Shown: positions 16,651 through 24,475, counted from the first letter of the stretch. The stretch: 64,000 nucleotides of DNA from Chloroflexota bacterium (GCA_016223105.1 JACRPR010000083.1:32724-96723); one strand, 5' to 3'. Notes: generated by a model not told the origin, from the sequence alone. Numbers and translations are program-made.

Positions 16651-16836
16651 ATGATTCCATTTCAAGGTTTGTTTGGTGCAGGTGCGTTTCAGTGGGAAGC
16701 TGGTTATGGATTATCTGGTGTGTTTAACATGCTTTCCGCTATTTTGGCATGGGATGTTGTGCGTGGTTCGTTGGTTTTTATTCTCACGCTGGCGTTGGTT
16801 GGTCAGGTGATTTCGATGATGCGAGGTGTTAGATGA
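16651..16836 (+). CDS. Small single-TM protein (61 aa), paralog of 16450-16605
   Basis: ATG with a GAGGTG RBS. It contains ILAWDVVRGSLVFILTLALVGQVISMMRGVR. Confidence 0.5.
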   Translation: MIPFQGLFGAGAFQWEAGYGLSGVFNMLSAILAWDVVRGSLVFILTLALVGQVISMMRGVR

Positions 16837-17081
16837 ATTGGAATGCAATGCTGTTTGATCCAACTGTTTTTACTGATCATCTCAAGACCTGGTTTGCCGC
16901 GTTGTTGGGTGTCTATAATGCCGGTGGTAATGGTATGTTGACACCTTATATTTTGTTTTCTATCGCCTTGATGATTGCTGGCTCGATCCTGGTTACATTT
17001 CGTCGAGCAACTTCTGGCAAATCGGATTTGGCTCAACCGCAACAGCAACAGCAAAAACAGAATCAATGGCGAGGTGATTGA
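16833..17081 (+). CDS. Small membrane protein with a Q-rich C-terminus
   Basis: 82 aa. Its start overlaps the upstream stop (ATGA). It has one or two TM segments and a QPQQQQQKQNQ tail. Confidence 0.5.
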   Translation: MNWNAMLFDPTVFTDHLKTWFAALLGVYNAGGNGMLTPYILFSIALMIAGSILVTFRRATSGKSDLAQPQQQQQKQNQWRGD

Positions 17082-18223
17082 TGCGGATCGCACTATTTTC
17101 GTGTCTAGTTTGCCTGGTGCTCGCGGTGGTGTGGTTTGCTGTGCCTGGTGTTGGGGCACAAGGTATTTATCCGTTCAATGGCGAGTTTGATTATGGTTTG
17201 TCTGGTTGGACCACTTACAGTTCTACTCTGACTTCATCTTATTGTTATACGGGGCAGTGCGTATACTTTCCTCAGTTGTATTCTTCATTGTTTTCAAATC
17301 CGTTTATTGTTGGCAATGGTAGTCTTGTTTTGTGGGGTCGTGCTGTTTCATCGACACTCAATGTTCATATTTATGCAATTGATTTTTCAAATTCTGCGTT
17401 GCCTCAATATTACATAACTACTACAGTTTTCAGTTCCTCTGGATTGGTTAAGGCAATTCCTGTTCCGTCGGCGATTGTTGATCACGCGATTCAATTGCTC
17501 TTTGTGATTTATGATTCTTCATCTGGTGCTGGTTCGTTGGATCATATTTATTTGACGTCTGCAATTGGGTATGGTTTTCCCTATGGCGCAAATACTCCAA
17601 TTCCGATCAATTGGTCTGGCTATCCTACTCCTGTCCCTTATCCGACATTTCCTGCATTCCCAACCGCGATTTCAAATGTCAACAACACGACGAATAACAC
17701 GACGAACAACACGACGAACAATAACACGTACGGTGGTATCTCCGGCGCGACGATCAACGTGACTGGTGGTCTCACGTTGAATATGACACCTTTTCCGTAC
17801 GGTGCTGGTACTCCAATGCCGATCTACGATGCGTCCACGCGGACGCCAACGCCTACGCCGGTGTCGCAAGCTCAAGCGGCTCAACGTTTGGCATGGTCGT
17901 CTGCTCCTGGCACTCCTCAATTCTATATTAATCCGTCTTCGCCGGCGTCTGCGGGTGATTTGTCGTTGGGTGCTGGGACAAATTCGGCGAGTCCGTTTGA
18001 CTTGGTGATGACTGAAGAACTTTTGAATTATGATTTCAAGTTTTCTGATTTGGGTTACCCTTACACCACGATCACCTTTGGCTTACCTGATTGGCATTTC
18101 ATTGTTCATTACAAGTATCCGACAAAATTTATTTTTGCGGGTGAAGATTTGTTGAATCAGGTTTATGCGATTATGGGTTTGTTCTACTTCGCGACGTGCT
18201 TGACGGTTATTCGTAAAGGATGA
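17078..18223 (+). CDS. Secreted, C-terminally anchored protein with a low-complexity NNTT linker (pIII/adsorption-protein-like architecture)
   Basis: Signal peptide: MMRIALFSCLVCLVLAVVWFAVPGVGAQG. Linker: NVNNTTNNTTNNTTNNNT. C-terminal hydrophobic anchor: VYAIMGLFYFATCLTVIRKG. Confidence 0.55.
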   Translation: MMRIALFSCLVCLVLAVVWFAVPGVGAQGIYPFNGEFDYGLSGWTTYSSTLTSSYCYTGQCVYFPQLYSSLFSNPFIVGNGSLVLWGRAVSSTLNVHIYAIDFSNSALPQYYITTTVFSSSGLVKAIPVPSAIVDHAIQLLFVIYDSSSGAGSLDHIYLTSAIGYGFPYGANTPIPINWSGYPTPVPYPTFPAFPTAISNVNNTTNNTTNNTTNNNTYGGISGATINVTGGLTLNMTPFPYGAGTPMPIYDASTRTPTPTPVSQAQAAQRLAWSSAPGTPQFYINPSSPASAGDLSLGAGTNSASPFDLVMTEELLNYDFKFSDLGYPYTTITFGLPDWHFIVHYKYPTKFIFAGEDLLNQVYAIMGLFYFATCLTVIRKG

Positions 18224-18227
18224 TTCG

Positions 18228-18365
18228 ATGACTCCTCTCGAGATCACAGTTTACTTTCCTGCTCCGCCGAATGTGTTTTACGCATTTGTCCTTTTGACTT
18301 CGGTGATGACGATTGTCTGGGTTGCCAAATTTGTGATTCGTCTTGTAACCGGCTTTTCCTCATGA
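18228..18365 (+). CDS. Small TM protein (45 aa)
   Basis: Not in the ORF track. The sequence is MTPLEITVYFPAPPNVFYAFVLLTSVMTIVWVAKFVIRLVTGFSS. It lies 5 nt after the upstream stop. Confidence 0.35.
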   Translation: MTPLEITVYFPAPPNVFYAFVLLTSVMTIVWVAKFVIRLVTGFSS

Positions 18366-18481
18366 ACTCGCCCGGCTTTTTCTATTCTAATCTCATAGCA
18401 AGTGGGATTGTTGGTATGTTCTGTTTTCTGATTTGTTTCAATATTGTCGAGGTGATCTCAAACGATGTTCCTCGCCGCTGA
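18362..18481 (+). CDS. Small TM protein (39 aa)
   Basis: Not in the ORF track. The sequence is MNSPGFFYSNLIASGIVGMFCFLICFNIVEVISNDVPRR. It overlaps both neighbours by a few nt. Confidence 0.3.
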   Translation: MNSPGFFYSNLIASGIVGMFCFLICFNIVEVISNDVPRR

Positions 18482-19259
18482 TAAATTTTTCCAAGAGTTG
18501 ATGGGGATTCGATCCTGCGCGCTGACTGGGCATGTTGGTTCTGGAAAAACTCTCGGTGCGATTGCGATTGCGTGTGAGTTACTGCGGCGGCAATTCGTCT
18601 CTGGTGTGTGGGGCAATCTGAATCATTCGTTACCTCATTCTGAATCGCTCGAGCGGTCCTGCATTATTTTGGATGAAGCATCCATTGTGATGGACTCGCG
18701 CTGGTCATCGGTCTGCTTCGATCTCTACGGTTCGTTTGTCCGCAAGTACAAGGGTGTCTATCTTTATCCGTCTGTGCACCAGGTTGACAAGCGCGCGCGC
18801 AATCTCGAAGTGATGCGTTTGGTAGATATTGACACGATTCCTTTTTTGCGAACCTGGGTTTATCGCTGGGAATCTACATCGGGGGCAAAGGGCACTTTTT
18901 TTCTTCTTCGTCCTCAAGAATATTTCGACTATTACGATCACGAATTTGTTCCGACTAGTGACGGTGGGACGCTCGAGGCGTTGTGCTCGATGTATCCTGA
19001 AACGGTCAATGAGATTTTAGAATCTCGGTCGGGTAAACGATTGCAGAGGTTGATGGGTTATGACACTGGATCACGTTCTGGCGGTTCGCGTTCTGTATCT
19101 GGTAGTGTGGTTTCTGGTCTTTCGGAGCGTGTGGAACGACTTGAAGCAGAGTTAGAAAATGTAAGGATGATGGTTTATGGACTCACCGGTAACATTGAGT
19201 CAACGTCTAATGGCGCAAGCCAAGGCGAAGCAACAGCAATTGAGCGATGGCGCGCCTAA
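18465..19259 (+). CDS. P-loop NTPase, Zot / inovirus pI-like assembly ATPase candidate
   Basis: Walker A (LTGHVGSGKT) lies near the N-terminus and Walker B is SCIILDEAS. ATG with a GAGGTG RBS. The position after the pIII-like gene and small TM genes matches inovirus order. The call is by motif and position only. Confidence 0.55.
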   Translation: MFLAADKFFQELMGIRSCALTGHVGSGKTLGAIAIACELLRRQFVSGVWGNLNHSLPHSESLERSCIILDEASIVMDSRWSSVCFDLYGSFVRKYKGVYLYPSVHQVDKRARNLEVMRLVDIDTIPFLRTWVYRWESTSGAKGTFFLLRPQEYFDYYDHEFVPTSDGGTLEALCSMYPETVNEILESRSGKRLQRLMGYDTGSRSGGSRSVSGSVVSGLSERVERLEAELENVRMMVYGLTGNIESTSNGASQGEATAIERWRA

Positions 19260-20052
19260 GCAATTGAAAGAGTACGGTACTGTCAATGATGATTCGGCGA
19301 AAGGTCGCCGATGGCAGATGCTTTTTTTCGTTGTGATTCCGCTGATTTGTGTTTGTATCGCGGTCTGGTTCGGTTTTGGTGGTGGATCCCAAGCCGCGGT
19401 AGATGCCAGTAAGCCAGTAGGTGCTTCAACAATTGCGCCGGCAAATCTCGATTCAATTGTGCAAGGTAGTCAGTTTGCTTTTGCCTCGCCGCCGGCGCAG
19501 AAAGTTGCTCAAGCAGTTACACCCGATTCGCGGATTCGTTGTTATGCGATTCGCGATACGGTTTCGATCTCGAATGTAATTATTTACAAAGAAGGTTTGT
19601 TCTTGGCTGATCGTTGGTCCCGTGTGAACGGTGGTTTGCTTGGTTCGAAGACTGCCGGCTGGTTTCCTGCAACTGATTTTGGGTGCCAAGGTGATCTTAC
19701 TTCTCTCGAAGTTGAATATATGATGCCTGTGCCTTCTCCGACTGCAACAAAGCGTGTGGTTGTGATTGTTCCGACGAAAATACCGACATCATTTCCGACT
19801 GCAACTTTATCGCCGACATTAGCGAATGGAATTCTTCGCCTCGATGCAAGTGGTTGTGATGTGTCCTGGTTGGTCTGGAATGCTCAAGCGGTTTGGATTG
19901 AGTATGCCGGTAAGCGTGAAGGTGTTGCCGGTGATTCTGCTGGCAAGCCGATTTTTCGTTCGATGTGTCCATATACCGGCACAGTCAAGCTTGATGCTTG
20001 GATGAAAGATGGCACGCGTCAAAATCGTTCGGTTTCGCTTGGAGGTCAGTGA
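19177..20052 (+). CDS. Single-pass membrane protein with an extracytoplasmic domain
   Basis: The TM segment is WQMLFFVVIPLICVCIAVWFGFGG. The gene overlaps the 3' end of the ATPase gene by 83 nt in another frame. Confidence 0.5.
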   Translation: MDSPVTLSQRLMAQAKAKQQQLSDGAPKQLKEYGTVNDDSAKGRRWQMLFFVVIPLICVCIAVWFGFGGGSQAAVDASKPVGASTIAPANLDSIVQGSQFAFASPPAQKVAQAVTPDSRIRCYAIRDTVSISNVIIYKEGLFLADRWSRVNGGLLGSKTAGWFPATDFGCQGDLTSLEVEYMMPVPSPTATKRVVVIVPTKIPTSFPTATLSPTLANGILRLDASGCDVSWLVWNAQAVWIEYAGKREGVAGDSAGKPIFRSMCPYTGTVKLDAWMKDGTRQNRSVSLGGQ

Positions 20053-20056
20053 TCGT

Positions 20057-20112
20057 GGGGGCGGCGGTCGGCGGGCGGGGACCCCTCTGGGGTGCCCGAC
20101 GACCGCGCCCCC
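20057..20112 (+). other. GC-rich imperfect hairpin in the intergenic region upstream of rep (packaging signal / origin / terminator candidate)
   Basis: The arms gggggcggcggtcggcgggc...gcccgacgaccgcgccccc enclose a ggggacccctctggggt tip. A second 10-bp-stem hairpin lies at 20156-20188. Confidence 0.5.
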
Positions 20113-20202
20113 TTGGTACTATATGCGAAATTTGCGTCCACTTTGGTCAGTGCTTTTTTCGTGTCTTCGGTCGAGGATGACACGAAAATAGTCTAATCGA
20201 AG

Positions 20203-21282
20203 TTGTGGGGGGGGGTAGTGGATGATCGGCTAAGGCGGGTTCAAAGATGGATTCTCCAAAGTGCCGCTAGAGAGCTGATGCCGAAAGAATTAGTGTTCAA
20301 GTGTTTACGGTGGTGGATTCCGAAATCTGTTTTCATTGATGTGCTCTACTCTGCGCGAGTGCAACGCGCACATTACAAAAATCTGATGGTGTGTGCGTCG
20401 GTCTGGATGTGTCCGATTTGCTCTGCAAAAATCAGTGAGCGTCGGCGAGTAGAGTTGGCCGGGGCGATTGATGCGAATGCGGATGAATTACAAGTTGCGT
20501 TGGTGTCGTTCACTCTGCATCATTCTGCGAAAGATAGTTTGAAAGTCATGTTGAATCGTCTGCTTGAATCGTATCGCGAATTGAAATCGGGGCGAACCTG
20601 GAAAGATTTCTCGCAAGAATCTCTTCTGGTTGGTTCTATTCGTTCGCTTGAAACGACGTACGGCGTGAATGGTTGGCATCCGCATTTGCATGTTCTGATG
20701 TTCTTTTGTAAGGGTGCAAATCTTGATGCTGTTGAGGAGTTTCTTAAAACGCGTTGGCTTTATGTGCTTGATCGTAATGGCGCAACGGCCTCGTATCGTC
20801 GCGGTGTGGACTTTCGGACGGCTGATCGTGATGTTGCAGAATATGTCGCCAAGTTTGGTCACGAGCCGGTGAATCTCAAGCGTCCTGGTAAGTGGACTAT
20901 GGAACACGAATTGACAAAAGGTGTTGCCAAGATCGCGCGTGGTGCAAAAGGAAAATCGCCGACTCAACTGCTTGCTGATTTTGTGGATGGTGATCGAGCA
21001 TCTGCGATGTTGTGGCAAGAGTACGCGCGTGCGTTCAAGGGCAAGCGTCAATTGGTGTGGTCCCGAGGTTTGCGGACTAAACTCGGGTTGGGTTACGAAG
21101 AAACAGATGAAGCGATCGCCAAGCGTGAAGATGAACAAGCGGTTCGATTATTGTCGCTGACGTTGCGACAATGGCGGACCGTGCTCGGTAATGATGCTCG
21201 CGGCGAAGTGTTGGAGATTGCAAGTTCTGGAGATCGTGACCAGGTCTTGGAGTTTCTCGAAAGGATTGGCGCATGCGATTGA
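20203..21282 (+). CDS. Rolling-circle replication initiator, HUH superfamily (pC194/phiX174-like Rep)
   Basis: Motif 1-like is LVSFTLHH. The HUH motif is [13 protein letters not shown]. The Tyr motif is VAEYVAKFG. An N-terminal CPIC zinc-finger-like pair is present. The start is uncertain (TTG 20203 to ATG 20278). Confidence 0.8.
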   Translation: MWGGVVDDRLRRVQRWILQSAARELMPKELVFKCLRWWIPKSVFIDVLYSARVQRAHYKNLMVCASVWMCPICSAKISERRRVELAGAIDANADELQVALVSFTLHHSAKDSLKVMLNRLLESYRELKSGRTWKDFSQESLLVGSIRSLETTYGVNGWHPHLHVLMFFCKGANLDAVEEFLKTRWLYVLDRNGATASYRRGVDFRTADRDVAEYVAKFGHEPVNLKRPGKWTMEHELTKGVAKIARGAKGKSPTQLLADFVDGDRASAMLWQEYARAFKGKRQLVWSRGLRTKLGLGYEETDEAIAKREDEQAVRLLSLTLRQWRTVLGNDARGEVLEIASSGDRDQVLEFLERIGACD

Positions 21283-21611
21283 ATGTTGCGGATCGCTTTT
21301 GGGCGAAGGTGACCAGGTCTGCCGATTGTTGGTTGTGGCAATCAGAACGCGACGAAAAGGGCTATGGTCGGTTTCTGTATCTTGGTCGCAAAATGAATGC
21401 ACATCGGGTTGCGTGGTTGGTCACATTCGGCGAGATTAAACCTGGTTTGCAAGTGTGCCACAAGTGCGACAATTCATCGTGTGTAAATCCAGCGCATCTT
21501 TTTCTCGGCACGGTGCAAGACAATTTCAATGATGCGGTCCTTAAGCATCGGCGGTATTCACGATACCTGGTTGGAGTGATGCCAGGTCAAATCAGAATGG
21601 AGGGCTTATGA
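21273..21611 (+). CDS. HNH endonuclease (HNH_3-type)
   Basis: Contains GYGRF...AHRVAW...[24 protein letters not shown]. Confidence 0.75.
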   Translation: MRLNVADRFWAKVTRSADCWLWQSERDEKGYGRFLYLGRKMNAHRVAWLVTFGEIKPGLQVCHKCDNSSCVNPAHLFLGTVQDNFNDAVLKHRRYSRYLVGVMPGQIRMEGL

Positions 21612-21772
21612 AGTGGAGATGAAAAAAATATCGCGGTCGAGTTGGCTACTCGCCGCGACAAATTCCAACGGGTGAGCGTTGGAACTGTGGAGATTATATC
21701 ACGGTTTCATTCGCGCACCAAGTGGCGCGTTTTTTATTTCGTGTTTTCGACGATTCACAATGGAGGTGTGAA

Positions 21773-21991
21773 ATGTCTGTTCGTGTTCTTGATCCGATTG
21801 CGGAATTACGTTGGGTGTGCAAGATTTTGGATATGGTTTGTAATTGTGCTTTTCCGCAGGATCGTGAAGCGCTGAAAGATTTCCAGGTTATTTTGATTCA
21901 AGCGTCCTGGAAAGTTGGCGTGTTGCTTGAGCGTGTTGATAGCGAATTGAACCCGGTTTCCGAGTCTTCGGATGATGAACTCCCGTTCTAG
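21773..21991 (+). CDS. Hypothetical protein (72 aa)
   Basis: ATG with a GGAGGTG RBS and an acidic C-terminus. No motif recognised. Confidence 0.35.
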   Translation: MSVRVLDPIAELRWVCKILDMVCNCAFPQDREALKDFQVILIQASWKVGVLLERVDSELNPVSESSDDELPF

Positions 21992-22041
21992 TCGGCGAGC
22001 GTCTACAGCGTTTCTGCGGGGCAAAACGGTTTTCGAGTCCT

Positions 22042-22686
22042 GTGATACCTGGGGCGAAAAATCGCTTTTCTCGACGCACAACAAAACGCAACAAAACGGG
22101 CGGAAAATGTCAATTTTGGGTTTCCGACGGAAAGTTGAAATTGAGCATTGAGTGGGGTAGGGCAAGCGTGAAATTTCAGTCAAAAAACCAACTTGCGGCA
22201 AAGTTAAAATGGTCTCTCGGCGAGGTGCGTGCGTTTCAAAAAACCTTGCGCGATTTTCGGCGAATGTTGAATTACGACAATCGCGACCTGGCTCAAGCGT
22301 TGGACTATTCGACGGCGTATGTGCGAATGATGCAAGGGCATTGGAATTGCACGCGACAACCGTCCCAGGAATTTGTAATTCGCTTCAATGCGTTTCGTTC
22401 AACCTCGCCGAAGGCAAAACCAGGTTTCGCGTCTGTTGCGGTTTATGATCCCAATGAACATTCGATCCCGATGTCGCGGATTCTCGCCGCGTTCAAACAA
22501 TGTCCCGAATGTGTTTGGGAAATGCACAAGGGGTATCGCGATGAACGTGAGACCTGGTGGGCAATGCGGGTCCCGCAACAGCGATATCACTCAAAGGATC
22601 ATCGGCACGCGGCGGCATTGCGTCGGCGAAGGAAACGACAAAAGCAACAAAGGGAGAATCGCAAAAAACCAGGACGAAAAAAATAG
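22042..22686 (+). CDS. Hypothetical protein with an HTH-like middle region, a CPEC pair and a highly basic tail
   Basis: The HTH-like region is NRDLAQALDYSTAYVRMMQG. It also has QCPECVW and a C-terminal RRRRKRQKQQRENRKKPGRKK. The start is uncertain. Confidence 0.4.
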   Translation: MIPGAKNRFSRRTTKRNKTGGKCQFWVSDGKLKLSIEWGRASVKFQSKNQLAAKLKWSLGEVRAFQKTLRDFRRMLNYDNRDLAQALDYSTAYVRMMQGHWNCTRQPSQEFVIRFNAFRSTSPKAKPGFASVAVYDPNEHSIPMSRILAAFKQCPECVWEMHKGYRDERETWWAMRVPQQRYHSKDHRHAAALRRRRKRQKQQRENRKKPGRKK

Positions 22687-22796
22687 TTCGTCGTCGAGAG
22701 TTGCGATCTTGACGACGAACGTCCAACTTTGCGCGGTGTGGGAGGGGACTCCGATCCGCGCGAAATGATTCTACCACAAATTTAAAAGGGGACAAA

Positions 22797-23024
22797 ATGT
22801 CGAACAAGAAAAAATCACGCAAGGGGTTTGCGAGTGATGCGGTCGTTTACCGTGTGTCTGCAGTTGCTGGTAAACATCGTGTTCGGTGTGTGGAATGTAA
22901 TGCAGTGATTCCGGAGGGACAACCGTTTGAACGTTTTGGGACTCGTGATCCCGATTCTGGCGGTGTTGAATACTGGGTTAACGTGTGCCTGGCATCGGTT
23001 AACAAAGTGCTGGGGAGGGCGTAG
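22797..23024 (+). CDS. Hypothetical small protein
   Basis: 75 aa, with a CVECN motif and an RBS-like AAAGGGGA upstream. Confidence 0.35.
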   Translation: MSNKKKSRKGFASDAVVYRVSAVAGKHRVRCVECNAVIPEGQPFERFGTRDPDSGGVEYWVNVCLASVNKVLGRA

Positions 23025-23025
23025 T

Positions 23026-23250
23026 ATGGCAACTGTTCGGAGTGGTGTACGGTTCGACATGTTCGGGAAAAATGTTTGTGATATGTGTTCGAACCTGGTC
23101 AAGCAAAGCGGCGGTCGCGGGCGTGTGCGTCGCTATTGCTCGAATCGTTGCAAAATGCGGGCGCGTAATCAGCGCGTTGCTCAAGAACGTTTGGAACGTC
23201 ATCGTGCTCGGTATGCCGCGTTTCGTCGTCGAGAGGATGCACGCAAATAA
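23026..23250 (+). CDS. Small zinc-ribbon-like basic protein
   Basis: ATG at 23026 with a GGGGAGGG RBS. It contains CDMC...RRYCSNRCKMRARN. Confidence 0.4.
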   Translation: MATVRSGVRFDMFGKNVCDMCSNLVKQSGGRGRVRRYCSNRCKMRARNQRVAQERLERHRARYAAFRRREDARK

Positions 23251-23336
23251 AGTGTTTATCGCCGGCGAATGACACGCTTTAACGTAGATCGGGATGGGTG
23301 TTGTGCCTGTCCCGGTTTTATTTTCTCAATCTCTCT

Positions 23337-23354
23337 TTCTTCTTTTCTTGATTT
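23337..23354 (+). promoter_or_regulatory. Candidate RCR double-strand-origin nick motif (TTCTTCTTTTCTTGATTT)
   Basis: A CTTGAT core (23347-23352) sits in a polypyrimidine tract within the ~400-nt non-coding gap of the element. It resembles the CTTG/ATA nick core of pC194/pUB110/phiX174-type origins (recalled from the literature, not searched). Confidence 0.35.
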
Positions 23355-23658
23355 GCTCCTTTTCTTTTCTCTTAAAAAATTAAAATAAAAAAAATACCTT
23401 ATTCTCCACCGGTTTAGATTTCAACGGTTGTGCTTATTGTCTATGAATGGATCAGGTTGACCACGCGATTTTTGATTCTGTAAAATGGATGTATCGAGAG
23501 CGGTTTACGTCCCGATAATTTCTCTCAGATGGTGTGCCCACATTCTGGGTAAGGGATAGTGCATCAACCGTGAGTCAAACAATGTCTGTGCTGGTTTGGT
23601 GTTGTGCTCTAAATGATTTCTGGGGTTGTTACTTTCTCGAGATAGCCTATACGGTCTT

Positions 23659-24054
23659 TCATTGGTGGATGAGTGTTAGGATTACTATTAGGATGGTTGT
23701 ATAGATTGCCAGGACTCCTAGGGCAAGGATTTCAAGGACAATGATTTGTTGTATGGTGAGAGGAAACTTAAAGGTGGATACTGTTGGTGCCGTGTAGGTG
23801 ATTGATGCTGGTCGCGGCGCGTGTTGCTCGCGCTCGGCGAGCATGTGTGGATGCTTTTCTGCGTGGCAATTCTCACAAAGAGTTTGGAGATTGTTGGGGT
23901 GATTTGTTCCACCGCGCGAGAGAGGAATGATGTGATGCGCGTGTAGAACCTCGTCGGTTGCTCCACACTCAACACAACGCATCCCATCGCGACGTTTGAC
24001 GAACCACGCGAGTCGCGTCCAATTTTCGGGATATGCCGAAAATTCGTGTGGCAT
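23659..24054 (-). CDS. HNH endonuclease with a C-terminal hydrophobic segment
   Basis: Contains CVECGATDEVLHAHHIIPLSRGGTNHPNNLQTLCENCHAEKH. The C-terminal segment is IIVLEILALGVLAIYTTILIVILTLI. It has a strong AAGGAG RBS. Confidence 0.75.
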   Translation of the reverse strand: MPHEFSAYPENWTRLAWFVKRRDGMRCVECGATDEVLHAHHIIPLSRGGTNHPNNLQTLCENCHAEKHPHMLAEREQHAPRPASITYTAPTVSTFKFPLTIQQIIVLEILALGVLAIYTTILIVILTLIHQ

Positions 24055-24107
24055 TTTTGCTCCTTGACAACTGTGGTGATCTGGGTATAATTTGACTGCA
24101 TAAGAAT

Positions 24108-24314
24108 TTATGCAGTCTTTTTTGGACCGTGTGCTGGGCGAACTTTGATTTTCTTCAATTCCAAAGGTGGGATGATGTATAGGTTGCCTTTTAACTCGGC
24201 AAGAATTTCTCCTCGCCGAATCTGTCTTCGGACCGTGTCGGTGTGTATTCCTCGCAATTCCGCGGCTTCACGGATTGTATATCCCATTGTTACGTTCTTT
24301 CTAGTTGGCGGCAT
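24108..24314 (-). CDS. Excisionase-like MerR/HTH_17 DNA-binding protein
   Basis: YTIREAAELRGIHTDTVRRQIRRGEI. It lies adjacent to the tRNA-side att. The start is at 24314 (RBS GAAGG) or 24287. Confidence 0.6.
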   Translation of the reverse strand: MPPTRKNVTMGYTIREAAELRGIHTDTVRRQIRRGEILAELKGNLYIIPPLELKKIKVRPAHGPKKTA

Positions 24315-24449
24315 GATGCGCCTTCTTTCGGTTCTCAATTGTAACATTTTGATTTGCTCCCTGCAAGGGGTGTAAAAATAGGCATAAGACGTTTGCGGCG
24401 TCTTATGCCTTTGTGCTTTGTGCGCCGATCCTTACCAAACGAATACGGC

Positions 24450-24475
24450 TGTGAGTCGGGGCGAGAGGACTTGAA
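24450..24475. repeat. att site (right), a 26-bp direct repeat overlapping the tRNA-Pro 3' end
   Basis: Identical to 14319-14344. It covers the last 20 nt of the tRNA plus 6 nt downstream. Confidence 0.9.

Larger units (their letters stand above)
14319..24475. mobile_element. Integrated ~10.1-kb element at tRNA-Pro; inovirus-like (filamentous phage-like) prophage candidate
   Basis: It is flanked by 26-bp direct repeats. A tyrosine integrase sits at the left end and an Xis-like HTH gene at the right end. The interior encodes small TM proteins, a pIII-like protein, a Zot-like ATPase and an HUH Rep. G+C is visibly lower than in the flanks. Confidence 0.8.

Noticed and set aside
21642-21875. 77-aa ORF between the HNH gene and 21773-21991
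   Set aside because: It overlaps a better-supported ORF that has a GGAGGTG RBS. It has odd composition and no RBS.
23457-23486. TTGACC-18-TAAAAT as an annotated promoter feature
   Set aside because: The 18-nt spacer is long and there is no downstream plus-strand ORF before the att site. It is kept only as a remark within the origin-region finding.
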